A stretch of DNA of 64,000 nucleotides from a virus. Position numbers and translations under genes: made by a program. Shown piece by piece: positions 55,006 through 63,520 of the stretch. Position 1 is the first letter of the stretch. The number at the start of each line of letters is the position of its first letter. Below the pieces are notes generated by a model. The model was not told the DNA's origin. It saw only the letters and a list, made by a program, of their open reading frames with translations, and did not search any database. The stretch spans positions 32,001-96,000 of the IMG/VR virus record IMGVR_UViG_3300045988_076196; one strand, 5' to 3'.

Positions 55006-55398
55006 ATGACCTATTTCAAAGCAAACAATATAGAACATTTAGCTAATATAATTGGCAAAAGAGCAGATGGCGATTGGGACAACCGCGAATCCAAAGCGAT
55101 TACGCTTGAAATGACATATGCAGAGGCCGCACAGCTCTTTGTCGATGGCCTGAGCTGGTTTATTGTTCAGAGGGATACTGTGCCAGTTTATGACGAGAGC
55201 GGAAATCCAACCAGCGAAACGACTGAACAGGTGCAGGAATGGGACAATTCTGATTACAATGTAGCTGGCTCTATTACAGACAATAGAAATGGCACTTGTA
55301 CTTGTAAAATGGGTAAAAAGACTCGGCTTGAAACAGAGCAAGAATTGAGAAAAGATGCTGAAACAGCCGCCAAGATTCTATTAGGAGAAGAAGCATGA
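55006..55398 (+). CDS. Hypothetical protein
   Basis: AGGAGG lies upstream. Confidence 0.55.
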   Translation: MTYFKANNIEHLANIIGKRADGDWDNRESKAITLEMTYAEAAQLFVDGLSWFIVQRDTVPVYDESGNPTSETTEQVQEWDNSDYNVAGSITDNRNGTCTCKMGKKTRLETEQELRKDAETAAKILLGEEA

Positions 55399-55793
55399 CA
55401 TATACAGAAAGGGCTAGAGCATTACGCCCATACATTGAAAAAGCGGCCATCAGCCTAACTGATGAAGATGCACTACAGGCAGTAGAGCTATTTCCACAAT
55501 GGGTAGTTGGACACGCTTATGTGGTGGACGAACGGCTACAATATAAGAATGTGCTATATCGTGTGGTTCAAGCGCATACCTCACAGAGCGATTGGACACC
55601 TGATATTACACCAGCGATGTTTGTGGTCGTATCACTAGATGAATGGCCTGAATTTGTACAACCTACTGGCGCGCATGATGCGTATAAAAAGGGTGATAAG
55701 ATTACATTTGAGGGTAAGCATTATATTAGCTTAATCGACGGAAATGTATATTCTCCAACAGCATATCCGGCTGGTTGGCAAGAACAGGCGTAA
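55395..55793 (+). CDS. CBM5/12-like carbohydrate-binding protein, a paralogue of the gene at 41662
   Basis: It shares AHTSQSDWTPD and PEFVQPTGAHDAYKKGDKITFEGKHYISLIDGNVYSPTAYPAGW with the gene at 41662. Confidence 0.5.
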   Translation: MTYTERARALRPYIEKAAISLTDEDALQAVELFPQWVVGHAYVVDERLQYKNVLYRVVQAHTSQSDWTPDITPAMFVVVSLDEWPEFVQPTGAHDAYKKGDKITFEGKHYISLIDGNVYSPTAYPAGWQEQA

Positions 55794-55802
55794 ACGAAAT
55801 GA

Positions 55803-55843
55803 TATCCTCTATGGCTCGTATTGGGTTATAGAGGATAAATTTT
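55803..55843 (+). terminator. Intrinsic terminator-like hairpin
   Basis: TATCCTCTAT, a 15-nt loop, then ATAGAGGATA, followed by AATTTTAAT. Confidence 0.5.
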
Positions 55844-55867
55844 AATCTAATTAGGATGTGATAATAT

Positions 55868-56680
55868 ATGGCAACAATCAGAGCCGCAGATGGTGGCTAT
55901 CTATTAAATTCAGACCAATTTAATTATACCAAAGATGCGCAGGGTCGACCCGTGCTTAATGTGAAAGGCTTGACAGGTGTTGTTGGTGCGTCAGGCGATT
56001 TCAAGTCAGATGGCACAGTGCCAATGAGCGGCAACTTATATATGAATGGTAATAACATCATGGGTGTTAAATCCATTAGTAATACAGATAGCGGCATGGC
56101 TATTGAATCAGAGGTCAGCTTGAATAATCATAAAATCACTGACCTGCTTGACCCAACTGCTGACCAAGATGCGGCGACTAAGGCATATGTAGATGGACAT
56201 AGTCTACTTGGTGACGATGGCATGGTTGATAGCGACCTAAATATGAATGAGCATGGTATTGTCAATGCGCATAGAATCAGTACGGACGGTCCAGCTCCAT
56301 TATATATTGGCTCAACTATTGAGCCAACAGGCACAACTGCGCCTAGATTGACTGGCTCTAATGATGGTACAGCGGCATTCGTCAAGGCTGATACACAGGC
56401 TACTTATGTGCCTGTCAGTGTAGGTGCGCCAACATCAACAAATCATGCTACTACTAAAGAATATGTAGATGGCAAGACAGGTGCAATTCAAGCTAGTGCA
56501 ATCCTTAAATCAGGCGGCACTATGGTAGGCAAGCTCAAACTAACTGCTGAACCAACTGAGGACAATGATGCAGTTGATAAGGGGTATGTTGATGCTATTC
56601 TACCAGCATTTACGGCTGCTGATGATGGCAAGGTGCTAGGCATTGTAAACGGCGCATTAGCATGGGTTGCTAAAGCATAA
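55868..56680 (+). CDS. Tail fibre or receptor-binding protein with (D/N)xx(T/D)K.YVD repeats
   Basis: DQDAATKAYVDG, NHATTKEYVDG and DNDAVDKGYVDA. Confidence 0.55.
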   Translation: MATIRAADGGYLLNSDQFNYTKDAQGRPVLNVKGLTGVVGASGDFKSDGTVPMSGNLYMNGNNIMGVKSISNTDSGMAIESEVSLNNHKITDLLDPTADQDAATKAYVDGHSLLGDDGMVDSDLNMNEHGIVNAHRISTDGPAPLYIGSTIEPTGTTAPRLTGSNDGTAAFVKADTQATYVPVSVGAPTSTNHATTKEYVDGKTGAIQASAILKSGGTMVGKLKLTAEPTEDNDAVDKGYVDAILPAFTAADDGKVLGIVNGALAWVAKA

Positions 56681-56700
56681 TATAGAGAGGAGAATGAAAT

Positions 56701-57234
56701 ATGGCTAATTGGTGCGGAGGCATAAGACTAGATTCAACCACACTTAAACTCATTAACGGGGTGATTTGTGATGCAAATGCAGCAACTGTTGATAGAAGCA
56801 AAGCAGTATCTACTTGCGGTCAGCTCTGGGATGGTGCATTATTTACCGTTGCTAAAATTGGCGGCGCTGGTTATATCACTCTACATGGTTCGGAAGGCGA
56901 AGAAGTTGGTACGCCTATTATGGGTAGGGGCAATTGCGGTGTTGGTCTTGATGGACGCTTTTTCAAGATTGTAAAAGGCGCTGTTACACTACAGGATGGA
57001 TTCTTACTTACTGTTAATGCAACGCCTGATACTGCAAGCATTAAAGTAGTAGATGCTGATTCTGTTGAAGTTACACCTGTTGCTGGAAAAACCAATGTGT
57101 TCTTACTTAGTGATATTGGTGACAAATATGGTGTTAATGTTGAAAAGGAAGGCTATACCGGTAAGCACTTGACCATTACCAATGATAAAGACCAAACACT
57201 TGATATTCAGCTTGAGGAGACACCTCAGACGTAA
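56701..57234 (+). CDS. Hypothetical fibre-module protein, last rightward gene
   Basis: GAGAGGAG lies upstream and the gene is followed by a terminator. Confidence 0.55.
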   Translation: MANWCGGIRLDSTTLKLINGVICDANAATVDRSKAVSTCGQLWDGALFTVAKIGGAGYITLHGSEGEEVGTPIMGRGNCGVGLDGRFFKIVKGAVTLQDGFLLTVNATPDTASIKVVDADSVEVTPVAGKTNVFLLSDIGDKYGVNVEKEGYTGKHLTITNDKDQTLDIQLEETPQT

Positions 57235-57275
57235 AATTTTTATAAAAGGCATATTATAGAGACTAATATAAATTT

Positions 57276-57322
57276 ATGGGGAACATTGGATAGATTATTA
57301 CATCTACCATGTTCCCCATTTT
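57276..57322. terminator. Bidirectional terminator between convergent blocks
   Basis: ATGGGGAACAT pairs with ATGTTCCCCAT, followed by TTTTTTT on the + strand. Confidence 0.7.
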
Positions 57323-57323
57323 T

Positions 57324-57638
57324 TTACTTTATTTCGTCTTTGCCTAAAGCGTCTGCTAATCCTCGCTTGTATCCAGCGGCATATCCTTCATCATAACCTG
57401 CGTCATATCGTTCTTGAGAGGTTTCTTCCTTACCGTCTTCAAGACCGTTTAAGTACGCTTCGTCACAACTTACAATATTAACATCTAACTCATCATATTT
57501 AGCAATTTCGGCATTATGCCTATTGCATAAATCCTCTAATGTGGCGACCATAATAGAATCGAGTCGTTTACATAAATATAGTGTCTCTACTCCGTCTAGC
57601 AATTCATAATAATCACCAATGCGCCTAAATTCCCACAT
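57324..57638 (-). CDS. Hypothetical protein
   Basis: ORF track, in a packed operon. Confidence 0.55.
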   Translation of the reverse strand: MWEFRRIGDYYELLDGVETLYLCKRLDSIMVATLEDLCNRHNAEIAKYDELDVNIVSCDEAYLNGLEDGKEETSQERYDAGYDEGYAAGYKRGLADALGKDEIK

Positions 57639-57861
57639 CTAGTCCTCCTCCTTCCTCAAAATCTTGGATTGCATCATCATATCCCACACCATATCCATCG
57701 CCATACGCTTCTAACACTGTAGTCAATAGCTCAAAGAATACCTCTGCCGTATCATCATTTGTTTCCATTTGAAAAAGGGAATATGGCTCATGTGGATAAG
57801 CAGGGTCAACTAGGTGGATACAGGATTCGTCGCCGTCAATGTGTAGAGTAGGAATAATCAT
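57625..57861 (-). CDS. Acidic hypothetical protein
   Basis: ORF track. Confidence 0.5.
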   Translation of the reverse strand: MIIPTLHIDGDESCIHLVDPAYPHEPYSLFQMETNDDTAEVFFELLTTVLEAYGDGYGVGYDDAIQDFEEGGGLDVGI

Positions 57862-58355
57862 ACGCCTGTAGAGCCAAATCCTGCTAGACCGCGCTCTGTT
57901 TTATCTAGTTCATCAACTAGCTCAAATTCAGCTTGGTCATATTTGCGTAGTGCCATTTGAGCAATTCTATCACCATTGTTGATTTTGATACAATCATCGG
58001 TTGTATTGAGTAGGATAACAACAACCTCTCCAGTGTAGTCCTCATCTACAATACCACCAACACAGATTAAGCCTTTACTAGCCAGACCCGAACGCTGTAG
58101 CAACTGGAGCATATACCCCTGTTCTGGTTGGAATGCCCACCCCGTAGGGATTTTTACTGTTTCATGTGGGCTGACATACACCTGCTCAAAATGGTCTGTA
58201 TTGACTTCCATATGCTTAAAATCTGCATCTGGATTTAACTCAATACATTTATCTACACGCAAATCACAATAAATATCCGCACAAGCTGCTTTTTCACTAC
58301 CATAAGTAGGTAGCTTGGCGGTGTCTGATAATCGCTTTGCTTTAATCTTCAACAA
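57858..58355 (-). CDS. dut: dUTPase
   Basis: All five motifs are present: AACADIY, QRSGLA, GIVDEDYTGEV, GDRIAQM and RGLAGFGSTG. Confidence 0.85.
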   Translation of the reverse strand: MLKIKAKRLSDTAKLPTYGSEKAACADIYCDLRVDKCIELNPDADFKHMEVNTDHFEQVYVSPHETVKIPTGWAFQPEQGYMLQLLQRSGLASKGLICVGGIVDEDYTGEVVVILLNTTDDCIKINNGDRIAQMALRKYDQAEFELVDELDKTERGLAGFGSTGV

Positions 58356-58672
58356 CTCAAGTCCTCCTCATACATCGTATCAATGCCATATTCAAGAGCG
58401 CAATCATGCTCAATCTGACATCCTCTAGCTGTCTGCCAACCACCACAGAAGAATACAACATCAGCTTCGCTCATTAGTTTAATTGACTCACCTAGATACC
58501 ATAGGGGTTTAGCGTCATGCGGCGTGTTTCTAAAAAATGAATAAATAATGTCAATACACTCGTTTTCTCTGGCAAACTGTGTTGCTAGTTTATCAATGAT
58601 AGAATCGCGTTTATCCTCAATTTCTTCAGTTGTCTTTCCGTTCATCGGCTGAGAGATAAAAATTTTAGGCAT
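58349..58672 (-). CDS. DUF4406 / nucleoside 2-deoxyribosyltransferase-like protein
   Basis: IFISQPMNG...ADVVFFCGGWQTARGCQIEHDCALEYG matches the DUF4406 pattern. Confidence 0.55.
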   Translation of the reverse strand: MPKIFISQPMNGKTTEEIEDKRDSIIDKLATQFARENECIDIIYSFFRNTPHDAKPLWYLGESIKLMSEADVVFFCGGWQTARGCQIEHDCALEYGIDTMYEEDLSC

Positions 58673-59213
58673 TTGATTTCTCCTTGAATTTCTTATTATA
58701 ACCGCATGGGTGGAACTCGGTACATAATCCGCCTCTATATTCGCATAGTGGCACTAGATCATCCTTAAACTCAGGATTGGTTTTAATCACCTCATCGACA
58801 ATCTGTTGCATAACAGCTCTTGTCTCAGGTGAGGCTTGATTGCATAGGCGCTTATGAGCCATATACACAAGCTGCTGACCATTGATTGACATAACATGGC
58901 TTACTAGCTCATCTTGTGGTGCTTTGTTGCGGTCATACTTATTTTGTCTATCATTGCGCTGAGATTGGACATAATGATTGCATCCTACATGATGACGAAC
59001 AAAATGAACTGATACCCAATAGGGAATGACCATGTGAATGCCAAACCATAGCTCTCTAAGTGGACTATGCTCAGATGCAACTAGCTTGCGTTTCCATTCA
59101 TCAGAGGGAAGAGCTGTTACACTCTTCCCCACTGTGTTTAACGTACAATATCTACACCAAGCCCAGTCATCATCTGTCGGATGTTTGATTAGTTCAACAA
59201 GATAATTGGGCAA
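58665..59213 (-). CDS. ThyX-like (Thy1 family) protein with a variant signature
   Basis: VRHHVGCNHYVQSQRNDR resembles the ThyX motif RHRxxS(x)nSxR, but has H in place of the second R and C in place of the first S. At 182 aa it is short for ThyX. Confidence 0.45.
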   Translation of the reverse strand: MPNYLVELIKHPTDDDWAWCRYCTLNTVGKSVTALPSDEWKRKLVASEHSPLRELWFGIHMVIPYWVSVHFVRHHVGCNHYVQSQRNDRQNKYDRNKAPQDELVSHVMSINGQQLVYMAHKRLCNQASPETRAVMQQIVDEVIKTNPEFKDDLVPLCEYRGGLCTEFHPCGYNKKFKEKSNA

Positions 59214-59480
59214 TTAGTAGTCCTCCTCCTCATCATCAGCATATTGAGCTAGAACGTCCTCTGTAATATCGTGGCATTCAATATCTACTAGGTATAGTTT
59301 GTCACCATTATAGCAATCAGGGGAATATGTCACCATATCGACCTCTACACAGGTGTTATCATCGACCCATACACGCTCACCAATGCGAGGGATAATCATA
59401 CGTGCGGCATGGGTATATGACCATACACGCCCTTCACAGTCCTCATTGCCATCAATAAAATATCTTAGTAGAAATTCCAT
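59214..59480 (-). CDS. Hypothetical protein (start moved to the internal ATG)
   Basis: GGGAGG lies 8 nt before the ATG at 59480. The track start at 59540 overlaps the upstream gene. Confidence 0.5.
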   Translation of the reverse strand: MEFLLRYFIDGNEDCEGRVWSYTHAARMIIPRIGERVWVDDNTCVEVDMVTYSPDCYNGDKLYLVDIECHDITEDVLAQYADDEEEDY

Positions 59481-59484
59481 TCGT

Positions 59485-59709
59485 TCAATCCTCCCAATTA
59501 TATGGTTTGCAGAAATAGCTAATTTCATTTGGCGCAACATATTTCTGTAGAACTACATACATTTCCTGTTCATCTTCTTCAGCATTGATAGGTAGATATA
59601 CCAAATCGCCCTTATTTGGTTCGCCCATTAGGTCTAGTTCATCACATGAACAAATCCAGTCCTCATTGCCTAGTCTACCAAGATAAAAATTGATACGATT
59701 TTCTGTCAT
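59485..59709 (-). CDS. Hypothetical protein
   Basis: ORF track. Confidence 0.5.
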   Translation of the reverse strand: MTENRINFYLGRLGNEDWICSCDELDLMGEPNKGDLVYLPINAEEDEQEMYVVLQKYVAPNEISYFCKPYNWED

Positions 59710-59710
59710 T

Positions 59711-60136
59711 TTAGTTTACTCCTTCCATAGTTAGTTCTGCCTCATTCATTAACTGTTTAATCATATTATCGAGATCGGACTTGTTTGCACCTAGCTCAAG
59801 GGATAGCAAGATTTCATCTTTTTTCTGTTGTTTCAATTTATTTCTTTCTCGTATGTCTGCATCAGCTTTACGATACAACGCCGTATCGTAACTTGAAAAT
59901 TCTGCATGGTGAATACCGTGCTTTATATGAAAATTAAAATCATCTGGAATATTATACTTAGTTTTGATTTCTGGCAGAATAGAATCTGCATATTCCTCAA
60001 CCATCTTATTAAATTCTGCTAAGGCATTATTCGCTTTGTTACGTTGTTCGTTTAGTAATTTTTCGCTGTCTGGCTTAGGATAACAAGCGTTAACTGTTTG
60101 TTCTACATATTCACGAATTAACTTAGTTACTTTCAT
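59711..60136 (-). CDS. Hypothetical helical protein
   Basis: ORF track, with AGGAGG upstream. Confidence 0.55.
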   Translation of the reverse strand: MKVTKLIREYVEQTVNACYPKPDSEKLLNEQRNKANNALAEFNKMVEEYADSILPEIKTKYNIPDDFNFHIKHGIHHAEFSSYDTALYRKADADIRERNKLKQQKKDEILLSLELGANKSDLDNMIKQLMNEAELTMEGVN

Positions 60137-60146
60137 TTAGTCCTCC

Positions 60147-62447
60147 TTATTCACATTTTGTCCAGCCGCACGACTTACAAATTTTGCAACCGCCCTCAAA
60201 CATTACTGGTTCACCACATTCAGGGCACAGCTCTGCTGGAATTGCAGATAATGTTTCGCTTAGCTTCTCAATACTTGCAGTAGCTTTATTAAATGCATTG
60301 GATAAGCCCTTAAAGCTACTAACAGTATCATCTTCTTTATCATCTAGTTCACTCTGCATCTCATTATACATCTCTACTAGAGCATTGCCAATAGCCATAG
60401 GACAACAAGAGCCTTTGCTTGTATCATGGTGAGTTGCCTTTCTAGTAGCATAGGACGGGCATACACCAGTTGAATCAAGTTGGTCTTTGATGGTCATAAT
60501 ATCCACACCAGCACGACATAGTAGGCTGACCATGCGGCTTAGACCTGTCATGAAATTAGCGCATCCGCCTGTCGAGCCTTTATTGAAATATACTTCTTGT
60601 AGATTACCATCAATAGGGTCAAAGAATGCTAGAACATGAAGTGAGCCGCATCCTGTCTGAATTTTGCGCTTTTTGCCAATCAGGTCATTACTTGGTTCGA
60701 TGATTGAGCCGCGAGGTAGAGTAAGAGATGTGGGTTCAGGCTTTGATTCATTGTCTTTCTTTGGTTCAGCATTTAGAATACCAGCCCTCTTGCATCCGGC
60801 ACGATATACTGTAATACCCTTTAGATGCTTTTCCCAAGCGTACATATATAGGTCTTTTACATCATCTACTGTTGCTTCATTTGGTAGATTGACAGTTGAG
60901 CTAATACTTGCATCAATATGTTTCTGCCATACTGACTGCATATCAATACGCCGCTTGATAGGAATGGTAGCAGATGTGACGAAATAGGGAGGTAGCCCAA
61001 GTTCGTCTTTAATACCATGAGCATCCATATATTCCTTGACGATTGGTGTATATACCTTATATACCTCATCATGCCCATGCAAGGATTTTGTAGTGCGCTC
61101 ATAATAGTTAGCAAAGATTGGCTCAATGCCACCTGATACGCCAATCATTGTACTGATAGAACCAGTTGGAGCAATGGTTAATAGCTGGCTATTACGCATA
61201 CCGTTCATATCAATAGATAAATGAGCTTCAATATCGTCTTCTTTGATGTGCTCTGTAAAAAATGGAGATGCAGCCACCTTATATACATCCCACTTTTCGT
61301 AACATCCTTTGTCTCGTGCCACATCAGCACTAGCTACAATAGCATTACGAGCCATAGAATAGCCAATGGAATTGCATAGAACGATAGAATCAGGAGAGCC
61401 GTATTCAATACGTAGCTTGATTAGCATATCGGCTAGTCCCATGATGCCAAGCCCAATTTGCCGCCAATCCCTAACCGTCTTGCGCTGTTCAGCTAGTGGA
61501 TGCCGCTCAAGCCCCTCATCCAACACATCATTTAGTGCTTTAACTGCAATACTTACAGTTCTGTTAAAATCGTCCCAATCAAACTTACCATTACGGACAA
61601 ATTCAGCTAGGTTGATTGCGCCAAGTAGACACGAGCCTCCTGCTGGTAGTGGTTCTTCTGCACAGGGATTTACACCAGCATATTCAAAATCCTTATCATT
61701 GCTTACTAGGTTCCAGTTGGTAATTCTATCCCAATAGAGAATACCCGGTTCAGCATAGTCCCAATTATTACGGCATAACAGGTTAAAAATATCTCGCGCT
61801 TTTACTGTTTTCTTGATTTCTTCGCCTGTTTCATTGCGCTTATAGTATAGTTCCCAATCTTCATCATTTTTAACTGCTACCATAAAACGGTCTGTAACGC
61901 GAACTGAGATATTAGCAGATGTTACTTTGCCCAAGTCGGATTTGACCGCAATGAATTTTTCGAGGTCTGGATGGGTACAATCAATACTAATCATCAATGC
62001 ACCGCGTCTACCATTCTGACCAATCTGTTCTGTTACTTGACTGAATGTGTCCATAAAGCTGACTGCGCCAGATGTGGATTTGGCTTGATTATTGACCTTT
62101 GCGCCACATGGAGCAAGTTTACTGATGTCGATGCCGCAGCCTCCTCCATAACTATAAGTACGAGCCAGTTTTTTAGCAGTATCGTAAATTGACTCGATAT
62201 TATCTTCTGGTGGTGAAATAACATAACAGTTACTATATGTTACCTTTTCGTCATCAATGCCGCGATTGCTCAAGATGCGCCCACCAAATAAGAATTTCTT
62301 ATCAGCAATAAGCTCTGCTACATCTGCATCGCCACCACTTACACGATCAAGCCAATTTTCAAAAGATTCCCCATTACGTTGGTATTTCTTCTTCCAGATG
62401 TCAATACCAAGCTGATTTTCTTTACCTAGCCATTCTTCAACAAACAA
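60147..62447 (-). CDS. nrdJ: Class II (B12-dependent) ribonucleotide reductase
   Basis: FLFGGRILSNRG, SNCYV, YGGGCGIDIS and NPCAEEPL (active-site Cys-Glu), with a C-terminal CPECG...CKICKSCG zinc ribbon. The gene is uninterrupted. Confidence 0.85.
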   Translation of the reverse strand: MFVEEWLGKENQLGIDIWKKKYQRNGESFENWLDRVSGGDADVAELIADKKFLFGGRILSNRGIDDEKVTYSNCYVISPPEDNIESIYDTAKKLARTYSYGGGCGIDISKLAPCGAKVNNQAKSTSGAVSFMDTFSQVTEQIGQNGRRGALMISIDCTHPDLEKFIAVKSDLGKVTSANISVRVTDRFMVAVKNDEDWELYYKRNETGEEIKKTVKARDIFNLLCRNNWDYAEPGILYWDRITNWNLVSNDKDFEYAGVNPCAEEPLPAGGSCLLGAINLAEFVRNGKFDWDDFNRTVSIAVKALNDVLDEGLERHPLAEQRKTVRDWRQIGLGIMGLADMLIKLRIEYGSPDSIVLCNSIGYSMARNAIVASADVARDKGCYEKWDVYKVAASPFFTEHIKEDDIEAHLSIDMNGMRNSQLLTIAPTGSISTMIGVSGGIEPIFANYYERTTKSLHGHDEVYKVYTPIVKEYMDAHGIKDELGLPPYFVTSATIPIKRRIDMQSVWQKHIDASISSTVNLPNEATVDDVKDLYMYAWEKHLKGITVYRAGCKRAGILNAEPKKDNESKPEPTSLTLPRGSIIEPSNDLIGKKRKIQTGCGSLHVLAFFDPIDGNLQEVYFNKGSTGGCANFMTGLSRMVSLLCRAGVDIMTIKDQLDSTGVCPSYATRKATHHDTSKGSCCPMAIGNALVEMYNEMQSELDDKEDDTVSSFKGLSNAFNKATASIEKLSETLSAIPAELCPECGEPVMFEGGCKICKSCGWTKCE

Positions 62448-62462
62448 TAAATCGTCCTCCTT

Positions 62463-62633
62463 TTAATTTTCCTTAACGTAGATAACAATATTTAGCTCAT
62501 CATCTACATTGATTGTTGTGCCAATGTGGTTAATATCATAAAATAGATTTCCGACGACGACACGAACTTCTGACGTATCTTTTGCTATTGTTCTCATTTT
62601 TGACAAATAGTTAATCAGTTGCTGTTTTGTCAA
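62463..62633 (-). CDS. 56-aa hypothetical protein
   Basis: AAGGAGGT lies 7 nt before a TTG. My own translation starts MTKQQLINYLSKMRTIAKDTSEVRVVVGNLFYD. It is below the track's cut-off. Confidence 0.5.
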   Translation of the reverse strand: MTKQQLINYLSKMRTIAKDTSEVRVVVGNLFYDINHIGTTINVDDELNIVIYVKEN

Positions 62634-62661
62634 TTACATTACCTCCTTGTCATATATATTA

Positions 62662-62859
62662 TCACGATTCAGTTGATTTGTCAAGTGGCTTTTTTAAGCC
62701 TTCGATATAGTGATAAATAGAATTGGCACAATCTGAGCATACGTCCTCAACGACCTTAAAATATTCAGCTTTTACACAATCATTGTCAATGCTGACAGAA
62801 TATCTGTCTCTAATGCTTATAATCTCTTTGCCACAAATATCACATAGCCATTTAATCAT
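62662..62859 (-). CDS. Zinc-ribbon protein
   Basis: CDICGKE and CSDCAN pairs. Confidence 0.55.
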   Translation of the reverse strand: MIKWLCDICGKEIISIRDRYSVSIDNDCVKAEYFKVVEDVCSDCANSIYHYIEGLKKPLDKSTES

Positions 62860-63194
62860 TCCTCATCCTCCTTATCCATCAATTTATTAACAGCATCAAC
62901 AAGCTCATTGATTTTACTTCGTGCTTCAACGAGTTTATCAATAAGCCAACTATTAGAACCATAGTCAATAGTTGATGTGACACAAGGCAAATTCTCAATC
63001 TTCTTTTCTTTCTTAGTGAAACTATGTGTGCCAATACGGACAAAACATCTATCTTCCTGTGGCAAATAATAGCCACATCTATCATTGTCCTTGTCGACAA
63101 TTATGATATAATTATTATCTTTGATATCAGAAATCCAGCCAACAAAGCCGCCAATGGTTTCAACATAATCCCCTACATGAAATTCATAGTTCAT
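62856..63194 (-). CDS. Hypothetical protein
   Basis: ORF track, with overlapping stops and starts. Confidence 0.55.
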   Translation of the reverse strand: MNYEFHVGDYVETIGGFVGWISDIKDNNYIIIVDKDNDRCGYYLPQEDRCFVRIGTHSFTKKEKKIENLPCVTSTIDYGSNSWLIDKLVEARSKINELVDAVNKLMDKEDEE

Positions 63195-63520
63195 CTGCGA
63201 TGTCTCCTATTTCCAAATTTTTCATCAATCAAATCTTGTAGGTACATAGCTGCCTCATATTCATCAAACGTATGTGGAGTATAATCGGAGCTATAAGCCG
63301 TAAACCATCTTGGCGCACCTGTTGCCATTCTCTCAACGCAATCTCCGATACAATGTACTACAAAGACAGACAACCAATCTTTCACATCAATATTTTCTAT
63401 ATCCTCAAGTTCACCAATTTCTTTCTTTTCTTTTACTAAAGCGGCATATCGTTCTATCTCTTTATTGTATTCTGTGTCTAAGTCGCTGATGCCACATAAT
63501 TGCGGTGTTGGATAATTCAT
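63191..63520 (-). CDS. Hypothetical protein
   Basis: ORF track. Confidence 0.55.
   Translation of the reverse strand: MNYPTPQLCGISDLDTEYNKEIERYAALVKEKKEIGELEDIENIDVKDWLSVFVVHCIGDCVERMATGAPRWFTAYSSDYTPHTFDEYEAAMYLQDLIDEKFGNRRHRR

Noticed and set aside
41662-55793. Diversity-generating retroelement involving the two CBM-like paralogues
   Set aside because: Differences between the copies involve all four bases rather than being confined to adenines. There is no reverse transcriptase ORF and no near-identical template repeat in the window.
60147-62447. Intein or intron in the ribonucleotide reductase gene
   Set aside because: There is a single uninterrupted 766-codon frame with the catalytic motifs at normal spacing. 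I saw no Cys/Ser-...-HN-type intein block.
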